Below are positions 18,609 to 27,304 of a stretch of DNA of 64,000 nucleotides, one piece after another (the first letter of the stretch is position 1; every line of letters starts with the position of its first letter). This DNA is from Chitinivibrionales bacterium (GTDB taxonomy: Bacteria > Fibrobacterota > Chitinivibrionia > Chitinivibrionales > FEN-1185): contig DATJAL010000047.1 of the NCBI GenBank assembly GCA_035516255.1, forward strand, positions 25,198 to 89,197. Reading direction: 5' to 3'. The translations under genes were made by a program, and so were the position numbers. A model generated the notes under the pieces. It saw only the letters and a list, made by a program, of their open reading frames with translations, was not told where the DNA came from and searched no databases.

Positions 18609-21600
18609 TGAAAGACCAAGGCAAAAAAAAATTCCGGTTGGGCGACATCATCCAGAAGCTCAATGAGAGCAGGGCGTCGTCCGACGAATCCGTTGCCAAC
18701 GAGCCCGACCCGGCCCAGCCGCCGCCCGAACCCCCGTCACGCCCCCCGTATAGCTTTACATCCGCCCGCGGCGGGGAAATGGAACCGCAGGGACAGGCGC
18801 ATGACCAGCTCGGACCGGGACCCAAAGTTCCGCCCGGCGCGACCGTGCCGGCCCGCGCCACCGGCGCCGGCGCTGATTTTTCCCCCGGACCCGCCGCCGG
18901 ACGCGACCCGAAGGCTGAATCCGACGAAGATTCCGAATTCGACATCATGCGCTACCTGGGCGTTCTGGTGCGCAGGAAAAACATCATCATCGCCGTCGCC
19001 GCAGCCGCGGTGCTGGTTTCCCTGTTCACCTATTTCCACGCCGTGAGGTATTATCCCGCCCACGCCCGCATGCTGTTCTCGCCCGGCTACCAGGAAGTCA
19101 TGGTCGGCGACATGGGCTCATGGGCGTCGTGGACCCGGGACGAGCAGCGGTTCAACACGCACCTCGAGCTGCTCAAGTCCCAGGTGGTGCTCAAGCGCGT
19201 CTCCGAATCGCTCGGCAACAAGATCACGCCCGAAGAAATCCTGCCGCTGCTCACCGTCACCCGCGGCCAGAGCAACGGCGAGAAAACCGACATCGTCGAC
19301 ATCGTGTTCAAGCACAAAGACCCAAGGATGGCCCAGACGGTGGCCAACCAGATCTGCCGTGAATACACCGAGTACATGAAAGAAGTGACCGTACAGGACC
19401 TCACGAGGCTCATCGTCAACCTCGAGGACCAGATCGGGAAGATGCAGGTGGATCTGGACAAAAAGGAAAACTCCCTGCGCGAGTTCAAGGAGAACAACCG
19501 CACGGTGCAGCTGTCCACCGAAACGAACATCACCATCTCCAAGCTGTCGGAGATGGAGCTGGCCAAGCAGAAGACCGAGCTTGACATGCTGGAAAGCCGG
19601 GAGCGGCTCACGGGGCTGCGGCAGGAGATCAACCAGCAGGACATCAACGTGATCCAGTCGATGACCTACAACAACCCGTTCCAGGCGCGGCTCGCCGAGC
19701 TCGAGCTCGAGCTCAACGCCGCCTCCGCCGAATACAGCCCCGAGCACTTCAAGGTCAAGATGATCAAGGGGCAGATCGAAAAGATACAGGCGGCGATGAA
19801 GAGCGACATCACGCAGGAGGCGGCATCGCGCACCCTCATCAAGAACCCGATCCGCGAGTCGCTCCTCCAGGAGGTGGTCAACCTCTCAATAGAAAAGAGC
19901 GCGAACGAGGCCAGGCGCGCCGCCCAGGAGCAGCTCATCAAGCAGCTCGACGGGGACCTCCTCAAGCTCCCCGCGGTCGAACTCCAGTTCGCGCAATTGA
20001 CAAGAGAGACCGAGTCGCTCGTGAACGTGCTCAAGCTCCTCAAGACGCGGTACGAAGAGGCGAAAATAAAGCGCGACTCGCAGGAATCCGACCTCAAAAT
20101 CCTGGAACCGGCGCCGCTCCCCGAGGCCACCGTTTCCAGCACGAACATCGGCAAGATGCTCATGGGCATCCTCATCGGGCTCCTGCTCGGCGTCGCGCTC
20201 GCGTTTCTCGTCGAGTTCCTCGACCAGTCGATCAAGGACCCGCAGAACGCCGAACGCGCGCTCGAGGTGCCGCTGCTCGGCATCGTGCCCACCATCGAGC
20301 TGGAAAACGCGGTCATCGACAGTTCGGTCGCCAAATGGAAAACCATTCTCGAGCCGTTCCGTGCCCTGCGGGCCACGCTCAAGCACCTCGCGGAGACCCG
20401 GCGGATAAAAACGTTCATCGTCTGCAGCGCGGTGAAGGGCGAGGGCAAGACCACGCTCGCCGCCAACCTTTCCATCACCTTCGCGCTCGACGGAAAAAAA
20501 GTGATCCTCGTTGACGGCGACCTGCGCCGCGCCCAGATGCACACCCTGTTCAACCTTCCCAAAAAAAACGGGCTCTCCGATTTCCTGCTCGGCACGAGCG
20601 GCGTGGAGGGCATCATCAAGAAAACGGTGCACGACAATCTCTCCGTCATCACGGCCGGCGAACATCCGCAGAACCCGGCGGAGCTCATCGGCGGCGCCCG
20701 CTTCGAGCAGCTCGTCGCCGCGCTGCGCAGCATGGCCGACTTTGTGATCTTCGATTCGCCCGCGCTGCTGCCGGTGAGCGACGGACTGAGCATGGCGCCG
20801 AAGGTCGACGCGTGCATCATGGTGGTGCGGGCGCTCTGGACGCCCGTGAAGGCCGCGCAGCAGGCGAAGAACCAGCTCAAGCGCATCGGCTGCTCGGTGG
20901 CCGGGGCCGTTCTCAACGGCATCTCCCATTCGCGCGGCTACTATCCGTACTACTACGGGTATTACCGCTATTACGCCTACAAATACACCTACGAGGACGA
21001 CCATGAGGAGGGAAAGCGCAAGCTTTCGGTGCGGGAAATGGGCCTTGCCTTTGAATCCAAACTCAAGGGCGCCATGCAGACGCTGGTGTATTCGGCCCCC
21101 CACTACACCGCCATGTCCCTCTCATTTGCAAAGCACCTGCTGCGCAGAAAAACCTTCTGGATCCTCCTGGCCCTCCTGTTCTGCGCCCCCTTCGTCCCGG
21201 CGGCCCTGAAATTTTTCGGCGTAGGCACCGCCGGGGGAAAAATATCTTATATTGGTAACAAGGAACCCATACGGTTTCTCGGCCCCCGCGCCGGCTCGTC
21301 GCTTGAGGCGCTCGCGCCAGGGCAAAAGGCGCCGCCGTCGGATTCAGCGGCCGCGCGAATCGTCCAGGCCGTTTCCGCCGACGCCGCGCCCCTCGCCGGA
21401 CTCAGCGACAGCCTGCGGCAATGGCAGAGGGCGCTCAACGAAAAGAACTTGACGCGGTTTCTTTCTTTTTACGACACCGCGCGGTTTAAATATCCGGGCG
21501 GAGGATTTACCGAATGGGAATATGAAAAAAGCGGCCTGTTCCGCCAGGACGGCACCGCGCCCGTTCTCGCCATCGACAGCATCTGGCCCGAGCCGGTGGC

Positions 21601-21733
21601 GATGCCGTTTTACGAGACTGACTGCGCCGCCACCGTTGCCATGGGCGCGGACTCGACGCACCGCGTGTATTCCATCATCTGGCAGTTCGTAAGCGGCCAA
21701 TGGCGGATCGTGCGGGAAAAATACAGGGAGTGA
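18608..21733 (+). CDS. Wzz chain-length determinant / BY-tyrosine kinase (Wzc-like) fused to an extra TM segment and an NTF2-like C-terminal domain
   Basis: Features in order: Pro-rich N-terminus; a TM helix, a coiled-coil Wzz-type region and a second TM helix; Walker A SAVKGEGKTT, A' VILVDGDLRR and B FVIFDSPA; Tyr cluster GYYPYYYGYYRYYAYKYTY; a third TM helix (FWILLALLFCAPFVPAAL); a C-terminal domain LRQWQRALNEKNLTRFLSFYD...WQFVSGQWRIVREKY. Confidence 0.85.
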   Translation: MKDQGKKKFRLGDIIQKLNESRASSDESVANEPDPAQPPPEPPSRPPYSFTSARGGEMEPQGQAHDQLGPGPKVPPGATVPARATGAGADFSPGPAAGRDPKAESDEDSEFDIMRYLGVLVRRKNIIIAVAAAAVLVSLFTYFHAVRYYPAHARMLFSPGYQEVMVGDMGSWASWTRDEQRFNTHLELLKSQVVLKRVSESLGNKITPEEILPLLTVTRGQSNGEKTDIVDIVFKHKDPRMAQTVANQICREYTEYMKEVTVQDLTRLIVNLEDQIGKMQVDLDKKENSLREFKENNRTVQLSTETNITISKLSEMELAKQKTELDMLESRERLTGLRQEINQQDINVIQSMTYNNPFQARLAELELELNAASAEYSPEHFKVKMIKGQIEKIQAAMKSDITQEAASRTLIKNPIRESLLQEVVNLSIEKSANEARRAAQEQLIKQLDGDLLKLPAVELQFAQLTRETESLVNVLKLLKTRYEEAKIKRDSQESDLKILEPAPLPEATVSSTNIGKMLMGILIGLLLGVALAFLVEFLDQSIKDPQNAERALEVPLLGIVPTIELENAVIDSSVAKWKTILEPFRALRATLKHLAETRRIKTFIVCSAVKGEGKTTLAANLSITFALDGKKVILVDGDLRRAQMHTLFNLPKKNGLSDFLLGTSGVEGIIKKTVHDNLSVITAGEHPQNPAELIGGARFEQLVAALRSMADFVIFDSPALLPVSDGLSMAPKVDACIMVVRALWTPVKAAQQAKNQLKRIGCSVAGAVLNGISHSRGYYPYYYGYYRYYAYKYTYEDDHEEGKRKLSVREMGLAFESKLKGAMQTLVYSAPHYTAMSLSFAKHLLRRKTFWILLALLFCAPFVPAALKFFGVGTAGGKISYIGNKEPIRFLGPRAGSSLEALAPGQKAPPSDSAAARIVQAVSADAAPLAGLSDSLRQWQRALNEKNLTRFLSFYDTARFKYPGGGFTEWEYEKSGLFRQDGTAPVLAIDSIWPEPVAMPFYETDCAATVAMGADSTHRVYSIIWQFVSGQWRIVREKYRE

Positions 21734-21735
21734 GT

Positions 21736-23319
21736 ATGAGCACATCGCAAAAAGACAAACAGCGGATCGCACGGCATGTCGTGTACACGATCCTCGCCGC
21801 CGCAATCGCGTGGCGGCTGGTTTCCGAAGTGCGCCCGCTTGTTTTTCCGGACCGGAGCGGCGCGTGGGACAATTACACCGTCACCATCACCGGAAACGTG
21901 CTGAGGCCCGGCCAGTACAGCGTACCGCCCGGCACCACCCATTTTGAGATCCTCAAGGTCGCCGGCGTGCGGCCGACCTCCGACATCTCGCAGTTCGAGC
22001 TCGCCCGGCCCATCACCGACAACCAGCAGCTGCAGGTGGGCACCATGCCCAACCCGGTCACTCTGAAAAGAGAGCCGAACAAGTTGCGCGTGGAATTTTT
22101 TCTCGACACCCTATCGGTGATCGCGCCGGACGGCAAGGCGCGGCCCGTCGCCGAGGGAATGGAGATCAACCAAGGCGACCGCGTGGTCACCAGGGAGAAA
22201 TCGCAGGCCGAGCTGTCGGTGTCCGCATTCTCGCACATCGACATCGACCATTCATCGGAGCTCGCCGCCGACAGGATCGCCGCGGCAGAGGGCGGCCGTT
22301 TGACCACCGCGCTGTTCCAGAAATCCGGCACCGTGTGGTACAAAATCGCCTACGGGGCGAAAACCGACCTGTTCAAGATCACCACGCCGCTGGTCAACGT
22401 CACGGTCGGGGGCGGCGGCGCCGATTTCACCATTACGATCAACCCGGGCCGCACCGACGTGAGCACCCTGGACGGGATGCTGCTGGTCGAGCGCGTCGCG
22501 GGCAGCGAGGCGATCAACCTGATTTCGGGCCAGTCCGCGGCCGTGTACGGCGATAACAGGCCGTTCCAGGTGACGTCGCTTGGCGCCGGAGCCGCGCCCG
22601 CCGAGCGCTTCTCGTTTTTGACAAAAGGCAAAACAAGCTTCATGACGCGCCGCATGCCGTTCAACTTCGTGTTCTGCGGCGTCCCCACCGTCTATTATTT
22701 CGGCTCGGTCCAGTACCAGACCGGCTCATTCCACCTGGTGCGCCTCCCTTCGGAAACCTCGGTGGAGGAATTCGCCCAGGGCTGCACCACGCTCGACCAG
22801 GCGTTTTTGTTCGGCGGCGGCGGTTTCGTGAGCTCGCTCGTGGAGCAGATCTTGGACATGCGCGTCTCGAAATTCTGCGTTCTGGAGAAGGATGACATCA
22901 TCAGGGTCGCCGGCGCCCTGGGCGGCATCAACAACGTCGACGTTGACGAAAAGGCGGCCGGCTACATGCACCTCTCCCGGGGGCCGCAGAAACTCACCAA
23001 CCAGCAGCTCTCCACGTTTCTCAAGCCCACCCTTTCGGGCCTGGAGGATTTCAAGGCGCGGCAGATAAAGGTGCTTAAAGCAATCTTCAACGAGTTTTCA
23101 TCGAAAAACACCGTGCTCACCGCGCTGCTCGCCCAGCAGGTGCTCGCCCATATCCAGACCAACGTCAGCGCCCTGGAAGCCATGGACGAATACGGAAAAT
23201 TCTCCGAGGTAAAGGGCTGGGCATTCAAGGAGCACTCGCTCCCGGTGCGGCAGGGCATGCGGGGCGGCCGGGCCATTGCCGACCCGATCCTTGACTCATG
23301 CAAAACCCTGCTGCAGTAG
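21736..23319 (+). CDS. Membrane-anchored SLBB + FecR-like protein with a possible LCP (LytR-CpsA-Psr)-like C-terminal domain
   Basis: Features in order: ATG 21736 three bases after the upstream stop (21731-21733); a TM helix; an SLBB-like segment (ITGNVLRPGQYSVPPGTTHFEILKVAGV); a FecR-like beta segment; a C-terminal region (FVFCGV...HLVRLP...LDQAFLFGGGGFV...VAGALGGINNVDVD) that resembles LCP folds. Confidence 0.5.
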   Translation: MSTSQKDKQRIARHVVYTILAAAIAWRLVSEVRPLVFPDRSGAWDNYTVTITGNVLRPGQYSVPPGTTHFEILKVAGVRPTSDISQFELARPITDNQQLQVGTMPNPVTLKREPNKLRVEFFLDTLSVIAPDGKARPVAEGMEINQGDRVVTREKSQAELSVSAFSHIDIDHSSELAADRIAAAEGGRLTTALFQKSGTVWYKIAYGAKTDLFKITTPLVNVTVGGGGADFTITINPGRTDVSTLDGMLLVERVAGSEAINLISGQSAAVYGDNRPFQVTSLGAGAAPAERFSFLTKGKTSFMTRRMPFNFVFCGVPTVYYFGSVQYQTGSFHLVRLPSETSVEEFAQGCTTLDQAFLFGGGGFVSSLVEQILDMRVSKFCVLEKDDIIRVAGALGGINNVDVDEKAAGYMHLSRGPQKLTNQQLSTFLKPTLSGLEDFKARQIKVLKAIFNEFSSKNTVLTALLAQQVLAHIQTNVSALEAMDEYGKFSEVKGWAFKEHSLPVRQGMRGGRAIADPILDSCKTLLQ

Positions 23320-23351
23320 GAATGATGTCCACCCCGAACAGAGACAAGCCC

Positions 23352-24212
23352 ATGAGCGTTCTCGTTGTCGGGCACCGGGGCCAGCTCGGCCGGGACATGA
23401 TGCTCGCCGCCGCCGCCAAAGGCTTCGCCGTGCACGGCGAGGATTTCCCCGGCATTGACATCACGCGCCTTGACAGCGTCACGAAAGCGGTGGCGCGGTA
23501 CCGCCCGGCGGCCGTCATCAATTGCGCCGCGTTCACCGCTGTTGACCAATGCGAATCCGAGACCGCGAAGGCGTTCGCGGTCAACGCCGACGGCGCGAAA
23601 AACCTCGCGCTTGCCGCGGCGGAGTGCGGCGCGAAGCTCGTGCACCTCAGCACCGACTATGTTTTCGACGGGATGAAAAAAACGCCCTATGTGGAAACGG
23701 ATAAGCCCAACCCCCTTTCCGTGTACGGAAAATCCAAACTCGAGGGAGAGAAGCTGCTCGCCGAAACCTACGACCGGTGCTTCATCGTCCGCGTGGCCTG
23801 GCTCTACGGCACCAGGGGAAACAATTTCCTCAAGACCATCCGCAGCCGCGCACAGAAATGCGCGGTGACGGGCGAACCGGTCAAGGTGGTCAACGACCAG
23901 ATCGGCACACCCACCTACACGATGCACGTTTGCCGGCAGCTGCTTTCCCTGATGCAATCCGAGCATTTCGGGATATATCACGGAACGAACGAGGGGTCGT
24001 GCTCCTGGTTTGACTTTGCAAGCGCGATTGTGAAGGCATACGCCATAAAGGCAAACGTGGTTCCCTGCACGACGGCTGAGTTCCCGCGGCCCGCGCCGAG
24101 ACCGGCAAACAGCGTATTGGAGAATGAGAGACTGAAAAAGCTGCTGATGAATACCATGCCGAGGTGGGAGATGGGGTTGGAGGAATATTTGGAGGAAGAG
24201 AAAAAGATATAG
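23352..24212 (+). CDS. rfbD: dTDP-4-dehydrorhamnose reductase
   Basis: MSVLVVGHRGQLG...STDYVFDG...YGKSKLEGE. The track start at 23298 overlaps the upstream gene, so ATG 23352 was chosen. Confidence 0.9.
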   Translation: MSVLVVGHRGQLGRDMMLAAAAKGFAVHGEDFPGIDITRLDSVTKAVARYRPAAVINCAAFTAVDQCESETAKAFAVNADGAKNLALAAAECGAKLVHLSTDYVFDGMKKTPYVETDKPNPLSVYGKSKLEGEKLLAETYDRCFIVRVAWLYGTRGNNFLKTIRSRAQKCAVTGEPVKVVNDQIGTPTYTMHVCRQLLSLMQSEHFGIYHGTNEGSCSWFDFASAIVKAYAIKANVVPCTTAEFPRPAPRPANSVLENERLKKLLMNTMPRWEMGLEEYLEEEKKI

Positions 24213-24216
24213 TATT

Positions 24217-24380
24217 GGAGGGGGAGGTTTCCCCCTGGGGTGCAGCTTCCACCGCCTCCTTCACAGAAAAGAAAATGTAGGCCGGAAGCGGTGGCGATCT
24301 GCACCCGCACCCCTTCCTGGGTGCGGCCGGGTACCGACAGCGGCAAGATTCACACTTTTGGTGGGCGCACCCGCGGAGGG
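24217..24380 (-). repeat. Y-X module, inverted copy, starting 5 nt after the rfbD stop
   Basis: The reverse complement reads ...GTGTGAATCTTGCCGCTGTC...GGGGTGCGGGTGCAGATCGCCACCGCTTCC-loop-GGAGGCGGTGGAAGCTGCACCCCAGGGGGAAACCTCCCCC and aligns with 57375-57556. Confidence 0.55.
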
Positions 24381-24450
24381 TAGTTGATTAAGAGAAAGCT
24401 TTCTTACCTTGATTTATTAATGATAATTAAAATCTGAGGCAGGAAAAAAT

Positions 24451-24846
24451 ATGGGAATCTTACTTGTTCTGCTGATAACACTATCAATTATCGCTACAAT
24501 CTTATTATTTCAAATCCTAAAGCAGCTTAAATCCTCAAATCAACACCAGCAAACCCTGATCAACGGCGTTGACAAAATCCAAGCCGACAGCGCAAGAAGT
24601 ATGTCCCGCCTGGAGGATTACCTGTCCGCCATCGCGGAACATTTCGGCAAAGACGCCCACGACCATAGAAAACAGCGAAACCTCGACACCCGGCTTTACG
24701 CGCTGCTCAAAGAAGGCAGCAAGGGCGAAGCCGTTAAGCAGTATCAAGACATTTCTGGAAAAGGGTTGAAGGAGTCCGAAAAGTATATTGATGAATTGGA
24801 AAGAAAAATCAAGAATAAAAGTTACTCGGGAGACACGCTGGTATAA
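24451..24846 (+). CDS. Hypothetical small membrane protein (N-terminal TM helix; L7/L12-C-like helical tail)
   Basis: ATG with GAGGCAGGA upstream. N-terminal helix ILLVLLITLSIIATILLF. The tail LYALLKEGSKGEAVKQYQDISGKGLKESEKYIDELE resembles the ribosomal L7/L12 C-terminal motif. The gene lies in AT-rich DNA. Confidence 0.45.
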   Translation: MGILLVLLITLSIIATILLFQILKQLKSSNQHQQTLINGVDKIQADSARSMSRLEDYLSAIAEHFGKDAHDHRKQRNLDTRLYALLKEGSKGEAVKQYQDISGKGLKESEKYIDELERKIKNKSYSGDTLV

Positions 24847-24916
24847 AAGGGCCATCAATGATTATTGGCCCTCGGTCGCGGTATTAGAAGCAACCTAAAA
24901 CTGGAATCTTTAAAAA

Positions 24917-25351
24917 ATGATCGGTAAATGGACAGGGTCGTACCGCTATTCCGGTTGGTTAATGCGGAAATTAATTCCCTATATTGAAACCCGATTTGAA
25001 ATTAACATAAGCGAATTTGACGGACACACTTTCAAAGGGACCGTTCAGGATGATTTGTCGACTGGTGGGACTCCGGGGATCGGCTCAATTGACGGCATAA
25101 TTTCTGAATATAAAATAGAATTCATTAAGAAAATGCCAATTCGGGCCTCCTACCTTACTTCAGGAAAACACCTAATTGAACAAGGAAAGAAGCATCCCCC
25201 AATTTATTATTCAGGAGTTTTCGGGCCAGATCTAACTGAAGCAGGGGGAAAATGGCGAATTAAAACGGGATTTGCGCTCGTAGGCTTTTTGCCCGCTCTA
25301 AGGTTGCCATTACGCGGTGAATGGACTATGGCATTTCAGCGTCAATTTTAA
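24917..25351 (+). CDS. Hypothetical protein (predicted beta-rich, GxWxGxY repeats)
   Basis: The ORF lies in the AT-rich islet and no family was recognised. GKWTGSYRY near the N-terminus and GGKWRIK/GEWTM near the C-terminus suggest a small beta-barrel. Confidence 0.4.
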   Translation: MIGKWTGSYRYSGWLMRKLIPYIETRFEINISEFDGHTFKGTVQDDLSTGGTPGIGSIDGIISEYKIEFIKKMPIRASYLTSGKHLIEQGKKHPPIYYSGVFGPDLTEAGGKWRIKTGFALVGFLPALRLPLRGEWTMAFQRQF

Positions 25352-25424
25352 TGTCATCATTGTATATGTTGCTTGTGACAACCAAATGAAATTTTAAATA
25401 ATTTACTTCAGGAGCTCATCTTCC

Positions 25425-26417
25425 ATGAAACTTCTCGTCACCGGCGGCTGCGGGTTCATCGGCTCGAACTTCGTCCTCCACATGCTTGCGTCACGCAAGG
25501 ACTGCTCCATTGTCAACCTCGACGCGCTCACCTACGCCGGCAACCCGGACAATTTGCGTTCGGTTGAGAACGACAGCAGGTATACTTTTGTCAAGGCCGA
25601 CATCTGCGACAGGAACGCTTGCGCCGCCGCATTCGACCGTCACGACGTCGACGCGGTGGTGCATTTCGCCGCCGAGTCGCATGTCGACCGGAGCATCCAG
25701 GGACCGGCCGCATTCGTGCTCACCAACGTCCTGGGCACCCAGAACCTGCTCGAAAGCGCGAAAAACGCCTGGAAGGGCAAGGCCGGCAAAAAACGCTTCA
25801 TCCACATCTCCACCGACGAGGTGTACGGCACGCTCGGCCGCAAGGGTGCTTTTTCGGAAACAACCCCGCTTGCGCCGAACAGCCCGTATTCGGCGAGCAA
25901 GGCGGGCAGTGACCTTGTCGCGCGCGCGTATTTCGAGACCTTCAGGTTCCCGGTCATCGTCACGCGCTGCTCCAATAACTACGGCCCGCTGCAGTTCCCG
26001 GAAAAGCTCATCCCGCTCATGATCACTAACGCGCTGCGCGATTTGCCGCTGCCGGTGTACGGCGACGGCCTTAACATACGCGACTGGCTGCACGTTTCCG
26101 ACCACTGCCGCGCCGTTGCCGCGGTGCTTGCCAAAGGAAAACCCGGCCAGGTGTACAACATCGGCGGCTCCAACGAACGGCGAAACATCGACATTGTCAA
26201 GCTCATCCTCAAGGAGCTGGGGAAACCCGAAAGCCTCGTCACCTTTGTGACCGACCGGCTCGGCCACGACCGGCGCTACGCCATAAACGCCGCGAAGATC
26301 AGGCGCGAGCTGGGGTGGAAGCCGAGGGTGAAATTCGATGAGGGGATACGGACGACGATCAAATGGTATCTTGACAACAAGGCGTGGTGGGAGAAATTGT
26401 TATATCAAAAAGTATAG
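25425..26417 (+). CDS. rfbB: dTDP-glucose 4,6-dehydratase
   Basis: MKLLVTGGCGFIGSNF...STDEVYG...YSASKA...; 330 aa, with CAGGAGC upstream of the ATG. Confidence 0.95.
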   Translation: MKLLVTGGCGFIGSNFVLHMLASRKDCSIVNLDALTYAGNPDNLRSVENDSRYTFVKADICDRNACAAAFDRHDVDAVVHFAAESHVDRSIQGPAAFVLTNVLGTQNLLESAKNAWKGKAGKKRFIHISTDEVYGTLGRKGAFSETTPLAPNSPYSASKAGSDLVARAYFETFRFPVIVTRCSNNYGPLQFPEKLIPLMITNALRDLPLPVYGDGLNIRDWLHVSDHCRAVAAVLAKGKPGQVYNIGGSNERRNIDIVKLILKELGKPESLVTFVTDRLGHDRRYAINAAKIRRELGWKPRVKFDEGIRTTIKWYLDNKAWWEKLLYQKV

Positions 26418-26442
26418 AGCCCTTCCCCCGACAGAAAAGATA

Positions 26443-26480
26443 GAACGCCGGCTGCTCACCAGCAACCGGCGTTCTTTATC
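26443..26480. terminator. Possible bidirectional terminator between convergent rfbB and the FecR-like gene
   Basis: A 9-bp stem GAACGCCGG / CCGGCGTTC with a 14-nt loop and T-rich flanks on both strands. Confidence 0.45.
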
Positions 26481-26497
26481 AGTCGGAAAACAATTTA

Positions 26498-27250
26498 TTA
26501 TTTCACTTTCTCCTTCATCAACTCCTTGTCCAGCTCCAAATTCTTCTTCACGAACTTCTCCTTTTGCACCGCCGCCATGTCCATTTTTTCCCTGGCGAAC
26601 TTGCCGTCCTTGCGCACCGAGATCTTCTGGCCGGCCACGATGGTAAGCCACTGCTCGAGCGACACCTCGTAGGGGCCGGGGATCTCTTCGGGGCCGGGCA
26701 CCTCGATGTGCTCTTTTTTTACCGTTTCCTTTTTCTGTTCCTTCTTTTTTTCCTGGTCGAGCTGCTTTTTCAAGCTGTCGGAAGGGCCGACCGCCACCTT
26801 GCCCTCGAACACGTTGACGTAGGTGGCGGAATCGGGCGTATATGAAAAGTCGAACACGGTTCCGCGTATGGCGGCCACGGCAGTCGGCGTGGCGACCTCG
26901 AACTGCTTGCCCGAGGAAATGAGCTTGCGCATGTTGACCCATACGCTCCCGAGCCCGCTCTTGGTGCGTATGGTCTTTTCGGACGATTCCTCGATGGTCA
27001 CCTTGGTCTTTTCGTCCATGCGCAGCACGGTGCCGATGGCGTAGCGTATTTCGGCGAAGCTTTCTTCGCGGGTGTAAACCTGGTCGCCCACCTCGAGCGC
27101 GGACCCCGGCTTTGCGTCGCGCCAGTCGGCCGCGCCCTTCTTGAGGATGCTCACGTTCCCCTCGAAGGACGTGATCTTCGCGACGCTTTCAGCGCCCACG
27201 GTCCAGACAACCATGCACACCGCCGCCGCAATCATCGCCAGTCTTCTCAT
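26498..27250 (-). CDS. Secreted FecR-domain protein with Lys/Glu-rich C-terminus
   Basis: ATG 27250 is preceded by AAGGGAGAA. Signal peptide MRRLAMIAAAVCMVVWTVGA. FecR-like segment ITSFEGNVSILKKGAADWRDAKPGSALEVGDQVYT. Confidence 0.7.
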   Translation of the reverse strand: MRRLAMIAAAVCMVVWTVGAESVAKITSFEGNVSILKKGAADWRDAKPGSALEVGDQVYTREESFAEIRYAIGTVLRMDEKTKVTIEESSEKTIRTKSGLGSVWVNMRKLISSGKQFEVATPTAVAAIRGTVFDFSYTPDSATYVNVFEGKVAVGPSDSLKKQLDQEKKKEQKKETVKKEHIEVPGPEEIPGPYEVSLEQWLTIVAGQKISVRKDGKFAREKMDMAAVQKEKFVKKNLELDKELMKEKVK

Positions 27251-27304
27251 AGTTTCTCCCTTTTTCTTTCTTGTCAACCTACATTCTGCAATCATCAATC
27301 GATC

